This document shows, piece by piece, positions 22,200 through 34,421 of a DNA stretch of 64,000 nt. Below the pieces are notes generated by a model. That model saw only the letters and a list, made by a program, of their open reading frames with translations. It ran no database searches and was not told the origin of the DNA. The stretch comes from Psammoneis japonica (lineage: Eukaryota), in contig QPGO01000045.1 in the NCBI GenBank assembly GCA_008632985.1, forward strand, positions 124,001 through 188,000, read 5' to 3'. Position 1 is the first letter of the stretch; every line of letters starts with the position of its first letter. The position numbers and the translations under genes were made by a program.

Positions 22200-24990
22200 T
22201 GGCAAGTGAAAAGAAAAAGAGTCGAGCCAAACCAAGATCAACAAAGAACAAAACCCAAATTCTGTGTTCAAGGTGCTGCTGCACTTCCACCCTGGTGCAA
22301 CTCCGGCAACAAGCTGGCCCACACCCCCAGTGCACCAGCAGTGCGGCAAGGGCATGCAACGACTGGCCAACATTGGCACCACCACCAGGTGGTGCCAAGC
22401 CAAAACAACTGGTGACAGCGCAAGTGCCTTTTGCAGCAAGACGTTTTGCTTCGCCAACACTGGACTTGAAAACAGGTCGAACCACAGTCAACCAGTTTCT
22501 CAATCTGTGTGTTGAGTGCACCAGGTGTTCTTCAACTGAATCAAACAGGTGTGCCTTTTCTCTTGCCAAGTGGTTGTCAATGCTGGAGCATGTGGCCTTG
22601 ACTTCCACCTTGGCATCTTGTCATTGGGATGATTTCCCAGTCTTCGAATCGTGTCCGTGTGCTGCACAATTGTGCGAATCCCACAACTCCCACCATTGGG
22701 ACCACACGCAAGAGACCACTGTTGCTGCCCAGTCCAGTTGTCAACCTGTGTCCACATGTGCCTCACCACCACTGTGTGACAAGCAGGTTTGTTGAGCAAT
22801 GTTCCATTTGACTGAGAACCCACCATCAAAAATTTGATGCCACCACATCCTCTCTTGGGAACAGAAGACCAATTGCATGCTGTGATGAACACCATCAGAA
22901 CAAACAATTTCTTCATGGAACCAGGATTCCAAACACACTGACAGCATGCCTTGCAACAATGGTGAGGTGGAGATGTCATCACACTTCTTGCAGAGACCTT
23001 GAAGAAATGTCCGATGCCATTGTTCATTGTGGGGACATCAAAGAATGTGGTCTCCATCCTCCATGGGATGCTGGCAGTGAACACAACAATCCGGCCGAGT
23101 GGGGGGTGCATCTGTGGACAATCTCATTTGCAGGCAAAAGATCTTGAACCAGCTTCGCTGCACTGACTCGCTGGTGAATGTTTCTGGACATCAGCTTCAC
23201 ATGGACTTGCCAATCAATGGTTTTAAATGTCTCCACAGACCATCCACACTTCTCCATCATGTAATCTCGGAGAGCCAGAGATGATGCTTCATGGCGTGAC
23301 ACTGGTTTGAAGTTTGCATTGACCAACGAATCATTGACCACAAGTTCAGCTGCACAGCGAGGGAATTGCGGTGCCAGCTCCAGCTGCTCTGAGCACATGC
23401 CGTGGCACCTCCCCGCCAAGCAGTCCACATGAACACATGATTTTGCCGGCAACGACAACTGCTCATGCGGGATGGAATCGTCCTGGTGACTCTTCACCCA
23501 CTGCACCACCACTGGGGTGCCACCGGAATCATCAACTGAGTGTTCTGAAAGCTGTTGAAAGGAATGCATGATTTCATGTGGGACATCCCAGTCAGGGGCC
23601 AGTGCACTCACAACATGGTGTTGATGAGCGCAGTTGCTGACCGGATCAGGAGATGCTTCTTGGTCATCCAATGGAGGCAGCTTGTGAGACGACAAAGCAG
23701 CATTGCAAACCAGCAAGGAATTGTTGCAATGAGAATCAATCCCCCCAAAGAAAACCTGTCTGAATGCACTCCACAACTCGAAGAACAAAAATGGAGGACA
23801 GACAACAGTCTCCACATGCTTCAGCTCCACAAGAAGAAGGCCGTAAACCGAACACTGGGCCCGCACAATCAGCCAAGGGGTTCCCATCTATGGTCAAAGT
23901 CCATCCAAATGACCCATCGAAATCCACCACCAACCCATCACTCCCCACCACAGCCTCATTGGTTCACATGATGTCAGCCAGTTCAAAAATGGAAACAAGT
24001 GAGGTGAGGTCGTCAAATGAAGTGACCTCCCAAGGAGAAAGAGATTCCAACATTTCCACAAAGTCGTTGGGAATTGGCACAGCCCCAGGGACAGAAACGG
24101 CTGTTCCACAGTTGACAACATGCCATTTTCCATTGTCAATGGCATCCACAGTGATGGGTGCCGCCAATGGGGAAATGTCTGGTGCGGTTTCTAGAGAGTC
24201 GACAGAGTCAGCAATGTTGTCAGTCACTGGAAACACTTCAAATTGGTTGTTGGACCGAATGTGCAAATGCTCTTCAAATGGCTCATGGCATGCTGCAAAC
24301 TGCGAACATCATTCTCATTCTATCTGCAGACACCAGCCAATCACCCAGAGGCAATTGAAGCTCCAAAGCACCTTCTTCACACAAGAGGGAACAAACCTTG
24401 TGCCATTGAGTCCATGCACAAGCAGACGGGGGGGCTTGTTCAACTGGGTTCAGCACAGACACGCTGCTCAACAAAGAAGGATCTCCTTTCACTTTAGCAG
24501 CGTCCAGAAACCTGCCTTCCGGTGGGCTTCTTCAAACCACTGCAGCTGAGTTGCTCATTTCCTGGTGGAATTTTCCATCAAACTTTCCACAAGAAAACAC
24601 CGCCATCATGCATGCTGACTGCATGCTTGGCTGCTCTTGTCAATGCCAAGGGTTGTGCCCTGGCACTGGACAAGATGAGCCAGTGGGGAGATGTTCAAGC
24701 ATTTCTTTGTCAGAGCTGACCCACCATTTAACTTGGGAAGTGCCCGCATCAATCAAAGATGTGCAGCAACCCACACGAGACTCTGTTTTGTCGCTCTGCT
24801 GGGTCCTCAGCCAACAACGCGAGACTTTCTTGGCTCCTCCCACAGCGCCCATCACCTGGTGGTGTTTTCAACAGTGCACCGAACAAGAGGCAATGTGCAA
24901 AGCATCCCAGGGCACCGAGGTGATTGACAGCAAAGGGGGGTGAAATCAGACACTGGCATGGTTGAAGTTAGAGAGAACTCAGTGAAAAGC
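22200..24990 (-). mobile_element. 5'-truncated non-LTR retrotransposon with RNase H (Ambal-like), decayed
   Basis: Fragments GSDG..GSFGW..GPVFG.RPSSCGAEACG, QWVKSHQDD, TIDW, WHQIFDGGFSVKW and LRNWL in collinear order across frameshifts; boundaries approximate. Confidence 0.72.
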
Positions 24991-25119
24991 AGGGGCCGGT
25001 GCGCAAGATTCACGCGTTATCTTCTTTCCAGCTGCATGACACGTGTTCACAATTTGACGAAATTGACATCGATCCAGAACCGATCAAGCTCAAACGAGTT
25101 GCATAAACAAACGAAAACA

Positions 25120-25803
25120 ATGGCTCGCCCAATGTCACATTGCATCGTGTTGCTTTTTGGTGTCTTCTTCTTCGCGCCAAACCAATGCGCCGCATTTGCG
25201 CCGCAACAAGTGTCATCGACCACTCGACGACAACTCGACACTACTGCTTCTCGTGCATTGCACATGGCGGCCCCACCAATGGTGGGGGACAACGCTGATG
25301 AATCAAAGATGTCTTCACAAACTCGACGTGAGTCAATCAAGAAAATATTTGGAGGAGTTGGTTTGGCGTGGTTGTCCATATCAAACCCGGCATTTGCCGA
25401 AGAGGAGATGGAGCTCAAGCGTGCAAACAATGCCAAAGCGGCCTTTGACGACTTGCGTTTCGAACTCAATGATCCCAGCGGTGGTGTCGCATATCTTCAA
25501 TCTAAAATTGACAAGGAAGACTTTCCTGAAGTTATGGAGTTCACAAAGGGATATGATCTGGAACTACGAAAAAAGAAAATTGGACGAGCCAAGAAGCAAT
25601 TGACAGACGTTGCCTTTCGAGACACGGCTACGCTGACGGCGAATGCGATTACGTTTGATTTGATTGGGATTAACCGTAGTTCGAGACCGGGACAAGAAAA
25701 CAAGGAGCAAGCCAACAAGTATCTTAATGAGCTCCGGACTGACCTGAGTAACATGATTGACTTGGAAAAGACAATCGACTACGAAGACATCAATACGTTC
25801 TAG
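25120..25803 (+). CDS. Plastid thylakoid-lumen protein, PsbQ-like
   Basis: Signal peptide + AAFAP, twin-arginine TRRES + hydrophobic stretch + PAFA cleavage site, helical mature domain (YDLELRK, FDLIGINR); 227 aa. Confidence 0.8.
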   Translation: MARPMSHCIVLLFGVFFFAPNQCAAFAPQQVSSTTRRQLDTTASRALHMAAPPMVGDNADESKMSSQTRRESIKKIFGGVGLAWLSISNPAFAEEEMELKRANNAKAAFDDLRFELNDPSGGVAYLQSKIDKEDFPEVMEFTKGYDLELRKKKIGRAKKQLTDVAFRDTATLTANAITFDLIGINRSSRPGQENKEQANKYLNELRTDLSNMIDLEKTIDYEDINTF

Positions 25804-26044
25804 TCCAGCCTGCTACGCTACTTCGAACCAGACGTTGATTAGAAGCTAAGTTAGTGTGAATGTGGAAAACGAATCGATCGAGATTGAATCAACGCTACAA
25901 ATAGCAATGTATCAGTAACTACGGAGAGATCTGCATCATGCGATGTTTGTAATGATGTGAGATTCATACCATTTTGCAGGCTTTCGTTTTCATTGTCTTT
26001 ATTTGTTCGGTGGTATTGTATCCATTTGAATTATAGGCATGCAC

Positions 26045-26734
26045 TCAGAAGTTTGGTCCTAGCCACTTATGGAATACGCTCTCCATGGAGACAAAATCAG
26101 TTGGCGCAACTCCAGTCTTTTCGTTGTTTTCTCCGCCTATTCCTCGGACGTAGGCTTGCACCACTAGCTTCTCGCTAAACATTTTGGAAATGTTCTGTCC
26201 CTTGGAATTTCGCTTGACAACTACATCAATACCCTCTTGTGTTTCATCCCACTGAACCAAGAACACAAGCCCGCCATCAACGCTGCCCTTTTCTTTTGTC
26301 TTTTTACGAAGAAATGTCAAGTCAACACCACCCTCTGGGGTTGGAATGTATTGCAATGGCTGAACCGGAAGCACTGCCGAAAATGGAAATGATTGAGTGT
26401 ATTTTTGAACCTTGGCCAAGGCTTCATCCTTGTCAACTCCGTCATTCACAGACAAGTGAACTCGTAGCAGCGTTTCTTCCTCTCCACCCTGAGACGGCAC
26501 CGGAGCTTCCCATGGAAAGCCTCCACCGGTACTAGACAAATACAATCGTGTGGATCCAACGAATCGGTCACGAAAAATAGCTTTTCCATCGAAAAATAGC
26601 TCTGTCGTTGTGTGTCTCGGAATGAACGAAAAAGATTCAAAACCCGTGCTAACAGTCCGGCCCTTGGATAACGGTATAAGCGCAGCCTGTTCCCTCACAA
26701 ACATCAACAGAAGCAACAACCTCTGGACAATCAT
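26045..26734 (-). CDS. Hypothetical protein with N-terminal signal/presequence
   Basis: 229-aa ATG-initiated ORF of normal composition; globular C-terminal part (FPFSAVLPVQPL, FLRKKT.EKGSVDGG, MFSEKLV). Confidence 0.75.
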   Translation of the reverse strand: MIVQRLLLLLMFVREQAALIPLSKGRTVSTGFESFSFIPRHTTTELFFDGKAIFRDRFVGSTRLYLSSTGGGFPWEAPVPSQGGEEETLLRVHLSVNDGVDKDEALAKVQKYTQSFPFSAVLPVQPLQYIPTPEGGVDLTFLRKKTKEKGSVDGGLVFLVQWDETQEGIDVVVKRNSKGQNISKMFSEKLVVQAYVRGIGGENNEKTGVAPTDFVSMESVFHKWLGPNF

Positions 26735-29200
26735 GTTTTTAGCGATTTCGCGAAACGGTGGGATGTCGTGAGAGAAACAACATGGGAATCACTCCCAACA
26801 CCATGATTAGTAATTCACACGGCACAGCAGGAGCACTGTCGATGTCGGCATTTCCTCTGTGCAATGCCGTCGTCAGCTTTTTTTGACTTGCTCGATCAAA
26901 CAAAAAAATGAGACTTTTGAAAAATCATCATCCATTTTTACTATCGAAAAATATGGGCAATAGAGTAGCTTAAAAGTCATTGTTACCTAATGACAAATCA
27001 ATTATTGGGACATTCGATCATAAAATTTAGTTCATGTTTGAATAAATTAATTAAATTATTATAAACATTAACAATGTCTTCATTTACATTGAAATATATT
27101 TTCGCCGGCAAGGATTTGGCGAAGGATAACATCCGTTTGGCATAAATCAACTTTTCGCATCCGCATTTTTGATTTATTGAAATATATGTCTCAACGTAAT
27201 AACATACAGGCTTCACGTAGAGCCTGCGTCATGATTACTATGCAGAATGTCTTTTCTACGTATGCATGAGAGTGAAGTTGATCAAAACACAACAACGCGA
27301 AATTTTGAGACAAGCGATAAGCAAGCGCGTCGTCGCATCACTCCCCCCCGTGTTGTTGTTGCCTGTATTCCTTTCTCCTCAGTTAGCGAAGCAACTTAGC
27401 CTGAATCTAAAGGAACCCGCCTCCACTTGGGTGAGTGATAATCTTGTGGGTAGTGTATGCTGGAAGGATATGTCTCGAAGGGAAATATTGTTGCGCTGGG
27501 CGCGTGCCTCACATCTTGCTGTTGTTGTCTTCATTCCTTCTTTTTTTGCAGAACTTTTGACTTTGTCGATACACTCGGATTTTGCACGATGGATTCCCTA
27601 CCACCCAACGACCCCAACCGCAACAATAACAACAACCGCCGTCGCCTGAAGCAAGAACCCCATGATGGGAGGAGGAGACAACGCGACGGAAGTGTCAACG
27701 AAAACGGTGACATGGATATGGTGGGAGACCTTCAAGACCAAGGAATTGTCGTGGCCATGTTCCTTGTAGGCGTCGCAAGCTGGTTCCTCCGTGAACGCTG
27801 CGTGTGTTAAGCGAGAAGGTCACATCCGTTTTCATGTAGCACTTTGAGAATGGCCGCTTGCTCAAGCATTCAGCCCATTCTCCGTTGTAGGGAGTAGGTA
27901 GGGTCACGCTGTGCGACGACGAAGCAAGAAGTGTTGAGTCGTAGACTGCAGGGTTAGTACATAACATTATTAGATTATCTCAAGTTTTTGTGGCTTTTAA
28001 GTGTTGTAGAACCGTCTCGCTTCATTTCATCGTCATGTCGCTTGCTGCCAGAAGAGAATGACCACGATGACTAGCTCGTAGTAGAGTATTATAGAAGCAA
28101 TGTAAAATTTGAAGACAATACTTCTATATACAAGAGAAAAGTATAATTTTCGTTGATACCAACCGCCTCAAAAGTGACGAGCGAGACGTGCCCAGAGCTT
28201 TAGATTGAACGGAAGATCCCCTCCCATGACTACCAGCAGTTTCCTCGGAAATCCTAGGTTTCGATACGTCCGCAGTCTAGATTTCTAGCTTTTCGGGTTG
28301 TTGACCAATGTCGCGGCTTGCCGTATGAGAGATACATCAGTGGCTAATTTTGAGCAATACAAGTCAACAGATAGAGGACGGTTGTTCTTATGAGGGACTA
28401 AAGTGAATTATGAAGAATGACAAGGTCCTAAACTACGTTGAGACCGGTTGGAGAAAAAATAGGTATGGTATGTCGCAACACGAATTGCCTCAACATTGTA
28501 GATGCATGCCTGGTGGTTCAGAAAGCAGTGTGACTTTGGTCTTAGCCTAATTACGACTAGTCTACAGTAGAATGAAAGTTGTGAAGTTGAGGATGATTCC
28601 AAAGTGCCACTATCTCGCCGGCGATTCGCCTTTGTAGAGACTTTATAGCTAGGTATTTAATGGGAAAGATGCACCTCTCAGAACTCTACTTTATCAACAA
28701 AGGTGGTTTTCTTTAGCGTTCATCCTTTCCACTTCTACTGTAGAGAATATAAGCCAAGTTGTAGAAGGGATAGGGATAGGAATGATGGCTGGTTCTCTGG
28801 AGAAGCGAATTGGCCGGGCAAGAACAACATGAGACAAGATACTCTGCCAATCATTGTGAACGATATTTCGGCCAGCTTTGTGTAATAGCTGGGTCCTTGT
28901 AATGGTGCCGGGTACAAGTATCGGAGATCCCGACTTTCTAGCTACAGCTTCTCTCTATCTGGGAGTCGCTGAGGGATCAAGTGGGCCACGCTGCTCTACT
29001 TCTAGCTGGAAGAAAACTCTAGCTAGCTAGAGTTCCCCGACACGGCTGCCAAGACGAGAAGGCACTAGGTCCGACTGGACGCTCCAGCTTCAAACTCTTC
29101 TCCAGTAGCTACTAGAGTACACCTGCTAGACTACCTGCCTACTTTCGCAAGTCAAACTGAATTGTGCTCTGAGCCTTTATTTCACTCTTACGACTATTTT

Positions 29201-29485
29201 TTACGCATTCTCGGATTGAATCTTTCTCAAACGTCCAATGGTACTCCTCACAGTCACAGCACTGGCAGTAGACATGGTGTAGGCACCTCCGGCAACAACC
29301 TTGCGGCAAGACCTGCAGTTCCAGATTCCAGCGCATTCACGCTTTACAGAGTCCTTCCCGCAGAAGGCACACCTGTATTTAGAGTGCTGCGAAACCTCGA
29401 TCTTACGCATCAACTTACGGAGTGTGGAACCGTAACGAGTTCCATACTTTCCCGTGATACCAACCTTCTTGGTGCGCTTTCCCAT
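29201..29485 (-). CDS. RPL37A: 60S ribosomal protein L37a (eL43)
   Basis: [23 protein letters not shown]4 zinc ribbon CAFCGK..WNCRSC, AGGAY. Confidence 0.98.
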   Translation of the reverse strand: MGKRTKKVGITGKYGTRYGSTLRKLMRKIEVSQHSKYRCAFCGKDSVKRECAGIWNCRSCRKVVAGGAYTMSTASAVTVRSTIGRLRKIQSENA

Positions 29486-30216
29486 GTTGCATTAAATGTG
29501 CACTGAGAGACAAGAAAACAGAGAGGCATCAAAAGTGAGACGGTTGATCAAGGTATCCACTGGGTTCGCACAATGACACAAACGCCAGTTTCGCACGAAA
29601 GTGCCCCGAGAGCTCGAAATTGTCAAACGGACTTCAATATAATGCTCCACCCTCGTGCAAACACTCAAGAAGCACCAGAGAGCACAGCCACAACAACAAA
29701 AGAAGTCTGGCGCAACTTCACCATCCCGCATCGAATCGTCGTTCCCTGGTTCGCTCATTGCTACTAATCTCCCATAAACGCATTAATCCCGCCAATTTTG
29801 GTTACGATTCAGTAATACAAAAAGATAGGAAACAAAGAAACGCGCCATTGTCATCGTCACACACCTTGCCTTCCCGAAGTGTGCCGCTCTGCTGCCATGA
29901 GCTTTCTACGAGGATCATGTACGAGGATCACGTAGAAGCTGGATTAGTAAAGCGATATCCTGTAAAGCGCGCAATCCGCGCGTACATTCCTGAACCGCGA
30001 CCAAAACCCAGAGTTCAGTCAAGGTTGAGTCCCGGCGAGCACCTACCATACCTTACCGGTGCCGATGGATGCACAAGCATTCTTCCGGGACATGTAAATC
30101 ACGAACGATGTTTACGTCAGCTCTCGACTCTTGTCGTATCCCTTTTCATTTTCTTCATACAAATTATTGTGTTACGCCGTTTTAAAAGTGATCACCGAAT
30201 CCTCGACACCATAAAG

Positions 30217-30729
30217 ATGCAGTCCGACTCGCTAGATTTAGAAGATTCTTGTTTTCAAGGCATTCACCTCATGATGATCCCACCAGAGGACGAAGAGATT
30301 GATACACAGGAAGAGGTGGACACATTTCCTTCTCAGTACCGCCAACAACTACGACCCCAGTACAAGAAAAGCAAGTCGAAGAAAGTGCGGTTCTCTACGG
30401 TAGAAATCCGCGAGTACAAACTCATCGTCAATGACAGCACAAGCTGTCCAGATCGACTGGCACTTGGTCTCGATTGGAAATACACGGCCACGCAAGTACA
30501 TAATTTCGATAACTACACGTCGTTACGAGAACACAAACGCTTGCTAAAAGCAAGATCGGGAAAGCTAAAGAAACTTGGAGCCTTTCAAAGAAAGCAGCGT
30601 CTCAAAAACGTTGGATACAGCGAACGCTACCTCAGTCAAGTCTATCACGGACATGACTTCCATCGATCGAGACTGACATACAACTGGAAACATTCACTCA
30701 TACTTCCACGTAGATTCTCTGCTAAATAA
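30217..30729 (+). CDS. Diatom-family hypothetical protein with RVxF-like motif (paralogue 1)
   Basis: KKVRFSTVEIREY..SCPD.LALGLDW..AFQRK.RLK; ATG at 30217 preferred to the upstream extension. Confidence 0.7.
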   Translation: MQSDSLDLEDSCFQGIHLMMIPPEDEEIDTQEEVDTFPSQYRQQLRPQYKKSKSKKVRFSTVEIREYKLIVNDSTSCPDRLALGLDWKYTATQVHNFDNYTSLREHKRLLKARSGKLKKLGAFQRKQRLKNVGYSERYLSQVYHGHDFHRSRLTYNWKHSLILPRRFSAK

Positions 30730-31262
30730 CTCTTGCTAAAACTATAAAACTGCGAATAGAGAGTAGAGAACCTGTCCTATTTTTCATACCCTCATTTTAA
30801 AAAATGAGAGACAGGAACACTGCTTGCTGAAGTGACATCAATGAATTCAAAATAGATTTCAAAAACGCACGAAGGAGCGGTTCCATCCGGTAGAGGGCCC
30901 TCTAGCTAGTCCTCCTCGACGCCATGGTATGATAGTAGACTAGAAGTACTTCCGATGGGTAACGTGAGACACGTGTCGGACGGAGAACGGACAAAAGGTG
31001 AGGCTCTAAACATGCACCATGACGTTTCATTGAAGAAAGGTGTCGTCAGGCCGTTAAAGGCTCAAAATGTCTTTCTGTGTAGATTTCTACAAAGCATGGT
31101 ACTGTCATCTGCGAATTCGATATAGTTCTCACTGACGTGGCGGCAGAACGTGTGTCAATGCAAGCCATGGAACCACTTTTTCCGCTCTCCGTCCAGCCAT
31201 CATCACACAACATTTCGAACCCCATCTCAACCTACGTATCTCCTTGACCAGCAAACACATCA

Positions 31263-31940
31263 ATGCACTCATTAGACTATCATTTGGAGGATCCACACCT
31301 TCTGGATACCCATGTGGAAGAAAAAGCGGATATTTCTGACCGTGATATCATGAAGCTGGAGAGGAATGGTCATAAATCACAAACAGAAACAGCCTTGGAG
31401 CAAGAAACGAACGAAAAACTCGTGCTGGAAGACACGGATAGGAGTGCTGACGATGCGGAGGGGCTTCAAAGACGGGACAATATCAACGAGCCTCCGAGTC
31501 CAGTTTCGGTCAAAGACATTGCGTTGAGTTCATCCCATGAAAGCCACACGCAGCAGGCTCGAGCGAGGAAGAAGGCGACAAGAAAAGTTTCGTTTTCTCA
31601 TGTTGAAATTCGTGATTACGCCCTTATAGTCATTGATCACCCATCATGCCCCGATGGGTTGGGTTTGAGTCTAGACTGGAAGCATACCGCAAGTCGAATG
31701 CATTACGTTGAAGAATACACACAAGTGAGGGATATCGAACGGTCGACGGGTAGAACGTTTCAGGCTCTAAATGCGTTTCAAAGGAAAGTGCGTCTGAAAC
31801 AGGTTGGAGGATACAGAGATAGCTTCCTCAAAAAAGCTTACCTTCGAGAAGACATGCACAAAACGCGACGCTGGAGAGACGTGAAGTTGTTTTCACCCAA
31901 GAAGTTGTCAACTCCGAAAATTGTCAAGATTCAACGGTAG
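31263..31940 (+). CDS. Diatom-family hypothetical protein with RVxF-like motif (paralogue 2)
   Basis: RKVSFSHVEIRDY..DHPSCPDGLGLSLDW..AFQRK.RLK; homologous to 30217..30729. Confidence 0.78.
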   Translation: MHSLDYHLEDPHLLDTHVEEKADISDRDIMKLERNGHKSQTETALEQETNEKLVLEDTDRSADDAEGLQRRDNINEPPSPVSVKDIALSSSHESHTQQARARKKATRKVSFSHVEIRDYALIVIDHPSCPDGLGLSLDWKHTASRMHYVEEYTQVRDIERSTGRTFQALNAFQRKVRLKQVGGYRDSFLKKAYLREDMHKTRRWRDVKLFSPKKLSTPKIVKIQR

Positions 31941-32407
31941 AATAACGATGATTTGCGATCTCGACAGGTCACAATGATCTCGTCGTTCAACAAAATGGGA
32001 TTTTTGAAATAGAGAAGCTCGACATTGGGTAAATTCAATTGTGCAGGGAAGGTCTACGGTACAGTAGCAGTGGCCCGAGGCACCTGATTCGACTGTCTAC
32101 CACACTTCGTGAAGCTATTACTTAGAGTCTGTATGGTACTCTCTACACGTAGATAGAGAGAGTCGCACAACATATGAACTGATATTCTCTATCTTATCTC
32201 TATCGATCGGTACTGTTTGATCCAGCAAGAAGCGTGAGTGAAATGAGATCGAATCTTACGCAAGAGAAACACGACTTGCGTAGCGCGTGGTACAATTTCT
32301 ACGGTAGGGGTAGGAGCAGGAATCCGCGTGAGTCAAACGGGTCATTTCTGAGAGGCGGCGATGGCGCTGGTCACCAGCAAAACATACCGCAACGCAAGAA
32401 CGCAACC

Positions 32408-33853
32408 ATGGCGGACAGCAACGACCCTCCAGAAGGCGCAGAACGAGAAGCACCTGTAAATGAGAGCTCCAGAACAAGTTTTCTGCCCTTGGCAACGACG
32501 TCGGAGCCAGATATGAACGATGATGGACTGCTTCTTGAAGACACCCTGGCCACGAGCCTGCTACCTCCATCCGCAGAGCCCTCAAGGCACTCTTCCGCAG
32601 AGAGCCGCCTTCAGAGAGCGTCAGAAGCAATGAGAAGATTGGGTCATTTCCTCGCTTATTTCACACTGCTTGGTATTTTGATATTCGTTCCGTGGGTCAC
32701 GTATGACGCCTTTCGAGCAAAGCGGACCGATCTTGCTGCGTTTCATTCGGCAGGCGTGATGGTGCTGGGAACCGTCATTTTGTCAACGCGGTTGGTATAC
32801 TTGCACCTGACACATTGGTATATGCCCGATGTTCAGAAGTACGTGGTGCGAATCCTCTGGATGGTGCCTCTTTATGCTGTACAGAGTTGGCTGAGCCTGC
32901 GATTTCATGGAGCACGCATTTATATTGATACAATTCGTGATCTCTATGAAGCCTATGTCATTTGCAGCTTTCTCTATTACCTGATTGAGTTATTGGGTGG
33001 TCAAGAGGCTCTTGCTCGCACATTGCAGACAAAGGACGAGAGCATAGGCTATCATGGACCTTTTCTCAACTTTATTTTCAAGCCATGGGAGCTAGGTGTC
33101 GACTTTATGCTGCAATGTAAACATGGGGTTCTCCAATATGTTGTTGTGAAGACTATAGCCACAGTGCTGACAACCATATTGGAGCCATTAGGAATGTACG
33201 GAGAGGGGGAGTTTAACTGGCGACGAGGGTATCCGTACATTGCCTTTTTCTTGAACATGTCGGTCATGTATGCGCTTTATTGCCTCGTCAAATTGTTTCA
33301 CGCGGTTCGTCACGAGCTGTACCACCCCATCAATTGGCATCCACTAGGAAAGTTCCTTTGTATCAAGGGTGTTGTATTCTTTACGTGGTGGCAAGGCGTT
33401 GCCATCTTTTACCTCAGGTCCAAAGGTCTGGTTGACGATGTCGGGAGCTGGACTTCCGATGACATTGCTAATGGATTACAGGACTACTTGGTTTGCGTGG
33501 AAATGCTTTTGTTTGCAATTGCTCATTCTTATACATTTACTTACAAGGAGTACCTACCCGGCTATCTGGATCAAATACCTCAGGACGAACCGTCGGAGGA
33601 GGAAAATGAAAACTACTTGCCGCCACCGAGTATTCGAACACTCGATCATCCCATGCGATTTCGCGATGCGTTGTGGAGTAGCACGGTTCCAAAAGAGACA
33701 CTCAATGATATCAAGAGACTGAGGAATGGGATTTCTCCTGCAAAGAGACAAACAATGAGCCCGGGATCCATTAGCCTACCTGAGGCTTCGGACGAAATGC
33801 GAGATCTAGTCGACAGTGCACCTCCGGCTCCGGATATCAACGATTTGCCATAG
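32408..33853 (+). CDS. OSTA/TMEM184-family membrane protein
   Basis: QKYVVRILWMVPLYAV.SWLSL, RDLYEAYVI..F, GVLQYVVVK, KFLCIKGVVFFTWWQG, LQDYLVCVEM..FAIAH.YTF. Confidence 0.93.
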   Translation: MADSNDPPEGAEREAPVNESSRTSFLPLATTSEPDMNDDGLLLEDTLATSLLPPSAEPSRHSSAESRLQRASEAMRRLGHFLAYFTLLGILIFVPWVTYDAFRAKRTDLAAFHSAGVMVLGTVILSTRLVYLHLTHWYMPDVQKYVVRILWMVPLYAVQSWLSLRFHGARIYIDTIRDLYEAYVICSFLYYLIELLGGQEALARTLQTKDESIGYHGPFLNFIFKPWELGVDFMLQCKHGVLQYVVVKTIATVLTTILEPLGMYGEGEFNWRRGYPYIAFFLNMSVMYALYCLVKLFHAVRHELYHPINWHPLGKFLCIKGVVFFTWWQGVAIFYLRSKGLVDDVGSWTSDDIANGLQDYLVCVEMLLFAIAHSYTFTYKEYLPGYLDQIPQDEPSEEENENYLPPPSIRTLDHPMRFRDALWSSTVPKETLNDIKRLRNGISPAKRQTMSPGSISLPEASDEMRDLVDSAPPAPDINDLP

Positions 33854-34421
33854 CGGTGCATCTTTTCTTATCACCTTTTAGTTCACCCAATGGAGTACCG
33901 GTAGTTTCGTGCAATGACGAGGAGAAGGCGCTCCTTCGCTCGTCAATTTTTAGACATGATTATCTGTTCGTATTCACGATTACTGCAGAGGAGACCCTCT
34001 CTCTACCGGTGTGTAGAAGTAGTCTCTGGAGATGCACACGGTTCTCTCTACTCTAGCTCGTGTAGGTGGAGAGAGAGCCTAATAGTCACTTTGAGCTTCA
34101 CATTTCACTCTTTCTACTCTCTGTTTCTCTAAACCCTCCTGTTCCTATAGCTACTAGGTACCGTAGAGTAGAGGAGTAGGATCGATATGTGAGCTTTCGA
34201 GGAGGAGGAGGAGTCGTCGCGTGCGCCACATGGGGGCCACGTACCCGCTGTATGCGGTTTTACGTAGACTCGGCGAATTTCTCAGTACAATTAGCACGTA
34301 GCTTCTACGTATGGTAAACCCCAAAATTCTGGGCCGAATCCCACGCGCACACAAGAACGACTGCAACAGCAACGCATTGCTTTCGTTTGTTTTCGACGTC
34401 TCGTCCTTACAAACCATCAAA

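Noticed and set aside
14170..24990. Alternative genetic code (Tyr read from His/Cys codons)
   Set aside because: Neighbouring conserved genes (RPL37A, LSM4, TMEM184-like) use TAY for Tyr normally, and non-coding DNA shows the same change.
27457..27810. Short Asn/Arg-rich ORF
   Set aside because: No recognisable domain or clear gene structure; cannot be supported.
29620..30216. N-terminal extension of the 369-aa ORF
   Set aside because: Non-ATG start overlapping the divergent RPL37A promoter region; the ATG at 30217 fits better.
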